From: Haplodiscus bocki
Taxonomy: Eukaryota
Length of the DNA: 64,000 bases
Direction: 5' to 3'
NCBI GenBank assembly: GCA_965655095.1
Contig: OZ296659.1
Coordinates: 63,736,001 to 63,800,000, forward strand
Shown piece by piece: positions 51,527-64,000 of this stretch. The position numbers and the translations under genes are program-made. Within the stretch, counting starts at the first letter, position 1; the number at the start of each line of letters is the position of its first letter. Below the pieces are notes generated by a model, which saw nothing but the letters and a program-made list of their open reading frames with translations, had not been told where the DNA came from and did not search any database.

Positions 51527-54500
51527 CGTAGGAAGCATTTTAGCAGGCGACAGTCTTCTCAGATAGCACTTACACTTTTTTTGAGAAAGAGTGCAACAAA
51601 AGATAAACAGTGTCTTTATTCTCGAAGTTGACCTTTCAATCACACTTTTTTAAGGTCATGAAAGACAAGCGACCCTTGTTATTGCGACCACGCAGCTCAT
51701 TCTACCACCACAATAAATCTAAGCAGGTTTCATCGAAACCTAAGGCAAAAAGTTTTTTGTCTACGGGACGGCCTTTGCTTTTGATCCAACTGACGAAACT
51801 CAAATTTTTACCCCTATTTTCCGCACGACATGTTGATCCGTGTTTCACTAGGTCTCTCAGCATTTCTTGTTAAACTTTCTCGAATTGGCAAAATCGCTGA
51901 TATCGAAAATAAGAATAAGTGAAGTTTTTTTTAACGGAGTTATCAGACGGAAGACTGAATGATTGCGATCGAGTTTTTTAAAAGTGTTTTGGCTCATCGC
52001 CAATATGGCCTCGCATTCCTGGGTCCAGGCTGCTTCAATGCACCTGGCACCTGATATGACTCGTCTCTACTGTACACTTTGCATTTCGTTAGCAAAACAG
52101 ACAAAGAGAGCACAACTGGCTGTCAAATCAGACCTTTCGATTAGTAATTTCATTTTTGGTTACACTGGTACAAACTGTACCTGTCAGAATGGATGCTTTG
52201 CTTAAAGAGAAAACCCAATTGCCATCACTTATACGTAGACTGGGGTTCCTCGTTCAACCACATCCTGAGGCCTACCTCCAGTAAACCAGAATCTCTTATC
52301 CCAAGTAATTTGCTGTTTCCAACATCCATAACAACGATTACCCAGTCTTCCATTTTCTGAGGAACAGTTTTTGCTAAAAGTGGTTTCATTCACTGAGGGC
52401 TCTGAGACCTGTATATTCGTATCCAGACATGCCTGCAGTTCCTACGCGTTCATAGAGTATCTGATTGTTGTTTCACACGGTTCAGTAAATTATGGCGTTT
52501 TCAATATTTTTCATAACCCTGTCTGCAATTTTCGCAAGTTACTGGCTGATTTTTCTTGTCTTTTACCTTACTACATTGTTTCAATTCCACTCCTAGGTTG
52601 CTTGATTAACTAGATACCCACCTCGTTCCTTTTTTGTACAAAAACTATAAATCGTTGCAAACTAGCATTGCCCTCTTCCTTCTGTAAGAGTGCTGGTTTT
52701 AAAGTCACCTCTTCTGACTGTCCAAAGCGTTCTAGTTTTACCTCATCATTGTTATCTGGCAAGCTTAACCGACATCCTTAAATTCCGCACATTGCCTATT
52801 TTTCCCATTTTGGCACACGAGTAACCTGTTCATTTGAGCTGCCTTCGTGATACGTCCAAAAGCATTCTAAACAATAGCACAAGAACATAAAATTCTCTTT
52901 TCCCAAATGAACTTCCAGTGAAAAACAACTTTTGATCATGCTAGGCACTACTTAGTGGCGCTCCGTAAGCCTCCAGTAAGCCATGAGAGCAAAAAATTTT
53001 CGTTTGTTAATGTCTAGCCAACTTCTCGGAGGCCATTGTTAATCCGTCCCTCGTCATTTAGAACAAGCAGCCACTCCAGATACTATATTCCACTTTCTAG
53101 TAAGAATTTTTGTAATCTTTTGGCCCTTAGTTTTTCCTCTCCCTTCTCCATAAAGTTTTTTTTGTCCACCGCTGTTTTATCCAGTTTTTTTACAAATGCA
53201 TCAGAAAGATGACTTTCCACTTTTGTCTGAAACATTCGAAACAGTTTTATTACCTCCTTTTCGATTTTTTTCCGTCCGACAGTTCCATTCGACCTACTAA
53301 GAAATGTTGAACTTTTGCTCTGCACCTCGTTATTTCTACTCATCAAAGACTTTTGCCGTTTGCAACAAACTTACGGCAATCTTTCACTTTGTCCACTTTT
53401 TTTGTTTTAAGTAACGGATTCGTGTAAAGGCTCCATCTGCCAAAGCACTTTTCTCTCACTTACTTTTCCTTCAAATGTCTATTTCAGTTCCTTTCGTCAT
53501 AATTGTTCCGCCCGCCAATTAAAGTGATCAATTTGAGTTCTCGAAGTGTTTACATGGACAGCAATGCACAACGACACAGCATATCATGTACTTCGCCGTA
53601 AATATGATCCTGAAGGCATTTTAACAAACAAGGGCACTCGCCAATGGTGAAGCCCCCAATTTTTCATATTGTGAAAGCCAGATGTTATAACTTAACCACC
53701 CTTGTCCATTCGAGCGTTTTCCACATGCCAAAATCTCATGGACTTTGGGGAATCATCAACGTCAAGAATTATGAAAATTTTGACAAACATTTTCAAAAAT
53801 AAAGACGTATTTGTGTTTCCTTAAAAAATTAACATAAGAATTTTCTGATCTAGCCATGTTTAATCTCGATCTTGTCGGTAAAGTTTAATATAAAGTAGGA
53901 CATCTTCATTTTTGAACTCAGTGCATCAACCTAGACTTGTTCCGAGAGAAATGTCCAGAACTAACCAAAGTCACTTTACAGTCTGCATGTACTCCTCCTT
54001 AGATTCTTTCTCGATGCGTTGCTGTGGAAATTAAGTTTATATTAAGTTAATGATGATTAGGACGCGGCCCCCTCGAGATATTTGTTTGTTTTTGAACTTC
54101 CTGTATTAGCCTTTACCATTTATTGTTTTTATTGGCTGAAGACTGTTTTGCTTGAAAAAATCCAACTAAACAAAAAGACTTCAAAACAGGAAACTTCAAT
54201 CCACCTTAAAACTCTAATTTACAAAAGTATACCCGCAAACTAGTACTGAGCATCCTTAACAACAAAAGCACACAAATCCAAACTCTTTAAAAACCCAACA
54301 AACCGAAGAGTTTCACCTTTAGTTCACATTCAAACTGTTCATGACATTTTCTGTTCCACTGCTATACCTCGCCGCGTTCCCAATCACAACTTTCTGACGA
54401 AATGGTAGACACAATAGGCAATTATGTAGTACAGGTAGCAGGCAAATCAAAAATACTGATATTTAAAGTCTGCTTGCCGGTCATTTCAATTCATACACTT

Positions 54501-57500
54501 CCACAAATGAAGGGCTTTACCTTTAACCATATCAAAGCTTTTCCTCATAGTCTCAACGTTGACCCGTTGTTATAGCAAGAAATTTTTTGTCGCGATTCGG
54601 TTTTTTATGCACGCAAAGGCCACGGCTGTGCAACAGAAAACCAAGATCAACACCACAGTGTAATTCAGTTTTCAGCTGCTGAAAATCAAAATTTTCCTTT
54701 TGAACTTTTACAACTCGAAAACAACTGCCGTAAAACACGCAGCGTGAACCGTTGCGTCAAAAAAACAAAATTGCCATTCTTTTTTTCAAGTTCACAAGGC
54801 CGAATTGAATGGAACTCCTATTGTCATCTCCATTTTGAGCACCGAAGCCTCACAGCAAGGATGACCTTTCTCAATTGTCTGATCATCCAAATTTAATTGT
54901 CACTGTTTCCTTGTTTTAAACATCACATCCGCGAGCTTTGAAACTAGCGCTGAACAAACAGTTTTTCAACACTTAGTGAGCATACTAGTTTCCTCATCAT
55001 CATTTTGATCATTCCTTTTAGTTCAACCGCTTGTTAGATACTTGATAATTTAACATTAGTTCTTCCAATCTCAAAGTGCTTGTTCTTTGGCTTTTTTTTC
55101 ACTCCTGCCTCTTGTCAATATCAGTGCGCATCATACATCCGGCCCTCAAACAACCTTAACGTTCTAGTTGACTTGAAATTCATTTAGTCAAGGAACCGAG
55201 CGAAGCTTTGCTCTCGGAAAATGTGTTCGTTTTGAATCTTTGCTACTTCTCCCGTTTTATGAATTTGCCATTCAACCAGATAACGACCAGCCCATAGTTT
55301 CTTGAACACTTTTCTACAATGTAGAATTGTCCAGTTCTTTTTCCGCCTTTTTTTTATCGAACCACTTTTTGTCCATTTCTCGTGGATTCATTGTTAATTG
55401 GATGCTTTTTCGAATCCACAAAGGAGATCACATATCACAATAAGATCTCGACACTCTCAGCGAAAAAAAAACATAATTTTTTTGTTCTCTTTCCGAGTTA
55501 CAACCGACACAACATCGACACACTGTTGGTGTGGGTTTACTTCTTTTACCTAGGTGGGACTTTGCTGAGGAGGTATCGCCTCAATATGTTCTGACTCCTT
55601 TGGCCTCTGTGGTTTTTTGAAGGTTGTCACTACAAGACCCACCTGAACAAAGCGAACAACCGCCGTCCTTCCGACTACCAGGAAGTCCTAATGCAATTTT
55701 TAACAGACTTTTTTTATTAATACGCATGAAAAAAATTTTCGCGTCAAAATTGAAACGGACTCCCTGAGTGCAATTCAGGCCTGGAAGGCATCGACTGAAA
55801 ACGAAACTAGACATTCATTCGAGAACTTTTCATTACGTTTGATCAAAATTTCCATAAACTTCGTGTTTGTTTTCAAACGATATTTTCGAAATAACAACTA
55901 AACGTCAAGTATAACATTTTGTGTTGTCTCCTCGCCATTATCGATGCTGGTAAAAAGAGCAACTGTTCAGCTTTGTTAGCTTTTCGCCTGAATATTCTCA
56001 ATTCCATCGCTGTTGTTTAATGAAGTCATTTACCTATGTTCCTTGTTCCCAAGGTTTCACTGTTAGTAGTCGTGCAAAGTGTGGCGATCCAACAAAGAAA
56101 GGTATCTTTTCTCTTGCTATTCGGATGACTGATGTTTGATCATTTTCTGATTCGCATTAGCTCGACCATTCTGGAACGGTAGCAGAAGAACTCTTGTTGA
56201 CCCCTAACATACTGTTGGCACTTCGCCAAGCAAATTTTATGTTTTTTAATGCTATGTTCCAATGCTTTTCACAGTTGATCCTCATTCGGCTCTCAGAGGG
56301 AATACTGAGGCTCCATATCTCGCCATCTCTGAACTTCACGGGAAACTTTCTGGTTTCCCTTCTGACTGGTTTGAGAGTTGTCTCGGCTCCTCCAGAGAAC
56401 GAAATTGCTCCTAAGTTCTCCCGACGGAAATAGGACACCCTTATTCATTGCGACCTTGTTTTCTTCGTTCGGTTGTTGATGCTCCTTAAGTTTGTGATAC
56501 TTCTCTTGTTTCTTTGCCTTCAACTAAACAAGCCACAGTTTTAGGTTTCAGAGTCTGGTGTAAAACATCCAATTCAAACGACATCCTTTGTCGCGATAGT
56601 CAGGCAACATTCTCATCATCCAAAACGCAATTTTCTGCCGGTTGTCGAATTTGTATCAACAAAACTTCAATGTGATATGAACCTTTTAACAAACAACAGA
56701 AAACTAAATTTTCATTAGTTCAAACAGTTTATCTCTACTTCTTGCTTTTAAAAAATGCTTTTTATTGCTTCATCAGGTGGCATCACCTAAAATGCAAGTC
56801 CACCCTTTAGACGAGAGCAGAGATAGATTCCACATTATTGCTACAGAGCCGAGTCTTTTACCTTTACCAACAAAACCACCCCAAAACAAAAAAAGTTTTG
56901 CCAATTTTTGAAAAATTGGTTGCTTTACATTCATGTATACGTATTTGCATCCTGTTGGTTAGAAATGCCTACACACGCTTTACACGTTTATTGTTAAGTA
57001 CACGTTGCTGTAACAAAACAATACATGCTGCCTAACACACACACTTTTCACCAGGGGTAATTCGCAATATGTTTTTGCTGCACGAAGGAAGACTTTACTG
57101 GCGAACTCTATTGAGCATTCCTGGAAGAGAACGTAACATCAAACGTTTTTGTGCAGATTCTTTGGCATTTTAACTTATCGCCTCCCGATGAAAAACGCCG
57201 CACATTATGAGTTAATGCACCATAACGGCCTGCTAGTGAGACAAAAGATACGCCAATCAGTCCTCTTTTATGACATTAGCCAGTCGGGAAACATTACAAA
57301 ATCCTTGACCAGCATTAAATGAATGGTTTAGGCTGAAGAAAACTAAAGAAAGTTAATTTTTCGAGGCAATTTTGACGCAAATAGAGTTCTTCGTACATAT
57401 AAAACAGATATACCAACGATTAAAAACCTATTTTGGTTTTTACTGTTTTAAGTGAGAGATTTTCGAAATGCCTAAGTTAAAAAGTTAATAAAATAACAAT

Positions 57501-57989
57501 GCTTGAAAAGTTAACCGAGAGAAACGAATTTTCTCAGATTTCTTCAAAATAGAAGCATATATTCAGGTTCATTTACCTTATTTTTTCTCACTATAGCATG
57601 TTGGTAATGTCAATGTCAAAATTTAGGCCCAGACAGATTTTTGAAATATTTTATTGAATAAATTTTGTACAGTAAATGGTGACGACAGTTGACATTTATG
57701 CTCGTGGTTTTTGGGAGTACTTGGATCGGATAAGCCATTTCAAGTACTGTTTGGTGCTGTGTAACAGACAATATAAAAAACTGCTGCTTACAAAGAACTG
57801 AAAAGCCTTATAGACTTTGCAGCACTATCCAACGAACTGATTTCGAATATTTTTTGCCTAATAATTGATTGAGTCTTCCAAAAGATCCACTATGAAGCTG
57901 CGTGGTCTCAGGTCTATTCTTCAACCCAGGAGAACTTACAAAATTCCTTCCTACACTTTACGATAAAACTCTTTGCCCTAAGGCTCACG

Positions 57990-60900
57990 ATGGACATTTG
58001 CAATCAAAAAATCACATACTTAACACATGAGAAAAAAATAGATGTGATAAAGGAGCAAAATTCTACGTTTGAAACAAACGACACAATTGTCAAACAGATG
58101 AGTTTGATAATTGCAATGTATGTCATCACTTTCAATCTGAAGGGCAACATGAAACTATCAAAAGCCATATGAAACTGAAAATAGAGTGAATTCATAAAAC
58201 TGCTAGTTTTGTGATACTTGGAAGTTTTTTGTTACAGTGACGGAAAGAACATAACGAGGGGGTTGGTCATAAAAGAAAATTTTTTTTGAAATCTGGTAAC
58301 AATAATAAACCCGGAAACAAAAAAGAGCATGAGCCATGAAAAATCGTTTTACCCTCACTGAAGATCAACAACTTTTTTAAATTTTTCAAAACAAATCTCT
58401 CGTCTTTCTCTTGCTAATGTTAATATTAGAAACACGGCATATGAAAATTTTGTTCAAGATGATAAAGATCCAGTAGTTGAAAAAACTTGTAGAAATTACT
58501 ACGCCAGCATAACTAAAAGAGCTAGTTTCAAATGATATGTATCTTTTTACGCAATGTTTTTGCGTGATTTCACTGATGCTCATTAATCCCATCAAGTTTT
58601 CAATTTGAGTGGTGTTCCCTCAAACCTAGGACAAAAACGTTTACCAGCCCTAGCTTGCATAAATAAAAAAAGTTTGCAACCTGACGTTTTAGTGAAAGTT
58701 GAAAAAACACAACTAATGTGGTCTCTATGGTGATGTTTCGGAGAAAAAGCATGGGTGATGAATTTGGAATTTACGTGATATAAGAGGAACTAGCTACGTT
58801 CTGCTCCTTCAAACCATAGGTCAATTTTGAACATAAAAGCCTTACAAACGTTTTTTGTGCAAGTTAGAATACATTATCTCGAATACACCCTGGAGAAAAA
58901 ATGTGTGTTTAACTAGCATCTAATTACAATCTATTCACTCCAGTTGCACAATTAAATATGGTAAGTTTTTTGAAGATGGATTACAAATCAATGACGCTGC
59001 CAAATTAGAAAAGTTAAACAATTTTTGAACGTATACATTCGGAAAAGAAAAAAATGGATCTTTTTCATTTTCTACCAATATATCAATCCAGAAACGAAAA
59101 CGCACCTGAGAAGAGATGGATAGATTTGTTACTTTATAAAAGTCAGTTTGCCTACAAAAATGTTAAATAAATTCAAGGAACAAAAAACTGAAAAACTTCT
59201 TGGTAGAAATTGTACAACTACTTTTTCATTAAGAGACGTGCTGATAATCCACCAACAAAAAAACTCAGAAATTAAACCATGTACAAAGAAATTTTGGTAA
59301 GGAGCTTTACTTTTCATTTACTAACTTCTATGAAATAATACTAATTTACTTCTCAGGTATTATTGATTTTGAAGGTTTGAATCACATACCGTCTTACACC
59401 AGTTTTGACGAAGAAACAACATTTTCCTATGATTAAAGCTCAGTTAGATGTGGTTAAATATAAAAACTGAATTAAAAAATTATGTCGAATTCAGTTTTCA
59501 AAAATAGTTCGGACCAATTTCTGTTGAAAGAATTGGTTAATAGTGAGACAGTTTTGGAAAAAGAAATGAGCCAAATTTTCAAAAGAAACACAAAATCAAA
59601 TACCAGTAAAGAAGTTGAAAACAAATTCGAGAACGCGAAATTAATTAATTGCGCAACTCTTTTGGATGGAAGGTCAGTGTTCTCCCCTCATTTCAAAGAA
59701 ACAATTTATAGAAGAAAAGTTAAACAAACTCCCAAATTATGTGAGAATTAAAAATGTAAGATGTCAAGGTCATGTAACAGGAAATTAAACAAGAGCAGCA
59801 CATCTGATATGCAATCTAAATATTAGATAGTCATTTCCCAATTGTCTACCAAATGCTTTCCACAATCTAAATGAATTTAAAGCACATAAAGTTTTTATTG
59901 GAGTAAAAAAACAAAAAACAAAAGACTTACTAATATGTTTATCACAAAAACTGTTGAAAAGTATGCTTCAGTTACTAAGAGACTCATAAGTTCAATTTGT
60001 TTCAGGAACAAAAGTTTAGAGGAGTTGGTATAAAGAGGAAAAGATGAAGATTTCACTTCAAATAATTGGAGACCAGTGGATTTTTGTCAAACAAAAAACG
60101 ACTCATTCTCTAGAAGCCTTCAAAAAACTTAGTGATCATGACAACTCATCAGCAAATCTTCAAAGCGAGAAATATTTTTCAACTTTAACAAATGAACCTC
60201 AGAACCAGAAAATGCAAAAAACTCATTGAAGAAATCAACATCAAAACAGGGAGCGAAGTAACAGAAATTTGTAAATTGACAGATGTGCCTTTATTGGCTG
60301 ATGTTTTTGTAAACATATAAAAAACTCTAAGAAAAACATAGCCTAAGTCCATTGTACTTTATATCAATATCCGGTTACACTTACGCATGTGGTTTGTAAA
60401 AAACAAAACAACAATAAAACTAAACAAAAAGTGAAGAGTTGTAGAATCAGTAGAGATTTTTCTTAGGGCCAAATATGTGGCGTAATCGAAACTCGTTCAA
60501 TTATGAAAGTTAGAAAGATATCAATACTATTCATAGACCCAAAAAATATCCTTTGATCCAGGCTTTACCTTACAGTGGGTATATATCTGTAATGAAATAT
60601 TTGAAATCGACACTTGAAACAGAATGTGATAGAGTAATTGGTTACTTTGTTGATATGGAGTTAGAATATACAGACGCTACACAAAACAAAACAGGTTATT
60701 TTCCATGATCATCAGAATCTGACAAAATAACAGAGTTTTTCACCTACTTTTTGAAGAATAGTACTCCATATGGTTATATGTCTGTTAAGGAAGTGATTTG
60801 CGAATGGACTGATTAAGTATTTTATACTACACAAAACAGAAAAATTTACTTCTGTGAAGAGTTGGGCATGAAAGCAAGGATAACAGAAAAGTTTTAAAAT

Positions 60901-61760
60901 TTGAACAAAACAAAAAATTGAAACCAATTTTTGACTCGGGAATGAAACTTTATTTTAAAACTGAAAAAAAGTGACAGACAAAAACGTAAATTTTTGAACC
61001 TCGTTGGAAAAAATTATTACGAAGTTTTAGGAAGTAGAAAACACCACCAACTTTAAAAACGGCAGAAAAGTGTAAATAAAATATCTAAGACAGGTTATGA
61101 TAATAATGAATCACGCAAATCGGAAAGATAACACCCAATTACTGAAGAATCTACTAATTAATGACAAATCACAATTAGCAAGCCAACACATATACCAATA
61201 ACAAGTTATGATTTATCAATGTCTTTTCTGTACAAATCATACTATTTCAAAATACAACATTAAAAAACAGTTTTCGGAAGATCAACATGAAAGTCCTTTA
61301 GAGGAAGCGGATTCATTTCTAAAGGGTGTCGAGATAGATGACCTGTTTACCGTTTTAAAAAACAGACAAAAAAATTCATGTGTTGATTTTAGCATTTTGG
61401 AAAAATCTCCAAAACTTTATGACGAAACAAACAAAAAACTTTGGGGTAAATTCAAAATTGAGACCTTGAATGCAATTAAACTAGACGACTTCCTTGCGTT
61501 AAGACCAATAGCAAATGCCTACACTTATGATAATGTAGAGGAACCTAAAAACTCAAGTGAACTACAAAAACAGCTATGAAAATTTCAAAGAACACAAAGA
61601 TTGCTTGTACAAAATTCTTGCAGAGGGAAAAATAAAAAAACTTCACAATGGGAAACGATCAGCATATAATGTAAGCAGGATCAACTAATGAAAAAGACCA
61701 TTCTAATTTGATTTAAAAAGATATTTTAAATATGGTATTGGAAGCCAGCAGTTCAGTTAA
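57990..61760 (+). pseudogene. Polinton-type protein-primed DNA polymerase B remnant
   Basis: Decayed motifs in order: VRCQGHVTG..RAAH (~59755, DHCHxTGxxRGxAH type), NIKTGSEVTEICKLTDVPLLADVF (~60235-60310), IGYFVDMELEY (~60637) and KKLWGKFKIE...DDFLALRP..AY (ORF 61208-61579). The start is approximate. Confidence 0.78.
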
Positions 61761-62139
61761 CTGAAAAAAATTTCGCAAAACATGTCGGGTATACAAAACT
61801 CGATTGGAAAGAATCTTCAAAAACGGTTGAGACTGATAACGCAGAATTTTTTACTGAGTTTACTTTTTCTTACTTCTTTACTGAATTGATTTATCAGACA
61901 TGCATCTTTTGCATTTCCATTCATATCCTCAGTGACATAAAGATATTGAAACTGTAACTAAAAAGCTATGTTTTAGTGAAAAAACTGATTCATCTTTTGG
62001 TATATCAACGAAAGTTTGAGATTTTTTTTGATTCACAGTAGCCATAAAAAACAGCACTCAATGGATGGGATCAGTTTTGAGGAATATTTTTTAACAGCTT
62101 TGATTCAAAATAATCAATATTGTGTGTCGTAACAGAAAA

Positions 62140-62432
62140 TGATTAGTTTTTCTGTGTTGAATTGAGATAATGCACTTGTGTTTTAAAAACTAATGAGTTA
62201 AAGCAGAGATTTCATCATCCAAACTAAAACTATAATTCCCATAATGCTCTTCATTTTTTATTGAACGTAATCTTTTGCACGCCTCTTCTGGGTTTTCTTC
62301 AAGTATATTTGTTACAAAACCAGAGGATGGAGTAAATGGAGCTTTATCATAGTCACAAAAGTCTTTCTTTCCCACAACAGGTGGTACACTTTTTTCACTC
62401 AAACTTTTTTTCTGGTGATAACTATTTTTCAT
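62140..62432 (-). pseudogene. Small helical ORF remnant of the Polinton-like element
   Basis: NPEEACKRLRSIKNEEHYGN....DEISAL..*FLKHKCI resembles the DPNELxxRLxLL....AGN...NEI..I.D.L pattern I associate with small Polinton genes. It lies between pPolB and the ATPase. Confidence 0.5.
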
Positions 62433-63089
62433 CAGTTGTTTTGGCTCTAGTAGTTGGTTTACCTCAATGAGGAGATTTATACTATATATATGTCAATTAA
62501 AAATGTAAAATTTGTCTATTTTTCGAGTTCTTTTCAAAAAAATTTCTGTTTTGTTGCCTTCTCAAACAGATGTCATTCTAAGTTACATCTTTTATAGAGT
62601 TCATTTTCAAACGTTAAAGTTTCACATTCAATTTTGTAAGAGACACCAGTAGTAGTTTTATTTTGAGTGGCTAATATGTTTTTGTCATGTATGAATCTAA
62701 ATTACTTTTTGTTAAGTGTATTCATAAGTTTTACTAAATCATCAAATAACTCATTCCTAAGTAAATTTTGGTCAGATAGTGATTACAAATATGGGGTTAA
62801 AAACAGTTTGTTTGGTTGATCGATCCAACACTTCATTTGCTTCTGTTGTAGTTTTGCTCTCTGAGACCTGTTTTTATTTTGTATCTGTAAAAAATTTTGT
62901 CTTTGGTCCATTTGTTTTGCATCCGAATAATACTCTAGTTTTTGTTAATCTTGACGTACTTTTTGTACGATAGACTCGGTGACACCTTATCCTTTTCGAA
63001 GCTTTGAGTTCTTTTTTTTTCAAACTTAAAATGCCACCTTTCTTCATTTTGTTCTAAAACAGAAAACACATTCAAAACTGTAACTGAAA

Positions 63090-63660
63090 TTAGTTGAAAC
63101 TCTGAAGTTTTTTTGGGAAAAGCGGTTTAATTCTAGTATGCATACAAATAACAAGTCTATATTGGTTGTAAGCACAAAACTTTTCACTTTTGCTTTTGAA
63201 ACTATCAATATAAGGACAATCTTGATCACTTTTCCATAATTCTCTACAAAGATCTTTGAAATCATAACTAATATAGATGCCAGCAATGTCTCCAAAAATC
63301 ATTTCCACATGTTTTTCAGTTTGTATGGAAATACTTATTGAATGTTGTTTTCTCACAGTTCTCTTCGATAGAACAAAATAAGATGGGAACAAAATTTGTA
63401 CGTTTAAATGCTTATGTCGTTCTCCTGTAAAAAAGAGTCAATTGCTATATTGTCATAGTCCCGTTTTCCATCAAAACAACAACACTTTTGTCAAATTCAC
63501 TTACTTCACCAAATTCTTCTCCAGTATCAAAATTATGAATAAACTGCTCAGGTGACCTAGTTGAAAAAATGAAAAACCTCTTCAAGGAAATTTTTTTTAT
63601 TGTGGTGTAAGTTTTACCAGAAAAACAAACACCAATAAAAAACTCTGAAAACAAAAGTTT
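63090..63660 (-). pseudogene. A32-like (FtsK-HerA) DNA packaging ATPase remnant
   Basis: Walker A FFIGVCFSGKT (~63610-63640) and a decayed Walker B strand SVVVL. After a frameshift: FTGERHKHLNV...PSYFVLSKRTVRK (GRH..Q.YF..PK..R pattern), continuing in ORF 63090-63392. Confidence 0.72.
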
Positions 63661-64000
63661 TTCTCTTTTCCGATTTCCGTTTTGGACATCATGATTGTCA
63701 AAATGAATTTCAAAAGACTGACTTTTAGGTTTTTTATTTCAACAATCTTTACTTATAATTTTCGATTTTCTATACAACTTGTCACCTTCTAGACAACTTT
63801 TACAATCCCTACAATCACTTTTGCAAACTAAGAATGAGTTTTGATCTTATTTCTAGGTTTAGAGCTAGGTTCACAAACATGAAATGTTCTAGGCTCGAAG
63901 AGCTGTTACATCCAGCTAAGGTTACTGGAAGAGTCACATGGACCAAAGAACCAGGTATATTTTTTTAATCGTATTGAAAAGTACATTTTCATAGTTTTAT

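Larger units (their letters stand above)
57990..64000. mobile_element. Decayed Polinton/Maverick-like endogenous DNA virus, running off the window end
   Basis: Plus-strand family-B polymerase remnant converging on a minus-strand packaging ATPase and small ORFs. No introns are apparent. Many stops and frameshifts. Confidence 0.75.

Overview
AT-rich eukaryotic, probably invertebrate, genomic DNA made mostly of decayed mobile elements, with a 200-N assembly gap at 38282-38481. One intact host gene is supported: a minus-strand, 5-coding-exon eukaryotic glutathione synthetase (GSS), join of 36444-35834, 33449-33102, 27644-27494, 21288-21058 and 17298-16924 (571 aa, all splice phases consistent). 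Around and inside it lie a frameshifted APE-RT LINE with a PHD-like ORF1 (~8.2-11.7 kb), an RTE-type LINE 3' end abutting a CRE-like fragment (~37.5-38.3 kb), a decayed Ty3/Gypsy pol (~47.9-50.3 kb), a decayed Polinton/Maverick-like DNA virus (pPolB and packaging ATPase, ~58-64 kb), Helentron-type non-autonomous elements, tRNA-like heads and tandem repeats. The most notable observation is mostly missed by the ORF track: directly downstream of the Gypsy integrase, on the same strand, is a frameshifted TARG1/OARD1-type macrodomain (ADP-ribosylhydrolase fold, 51057-51526) that retains the equivalents of catalytic Lys84 and Asp125. This suggests an LTR retrotransposon carrying an ADP-ribose eraser. 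All family assignments come from manual translation and remembered motifs, not database searches.
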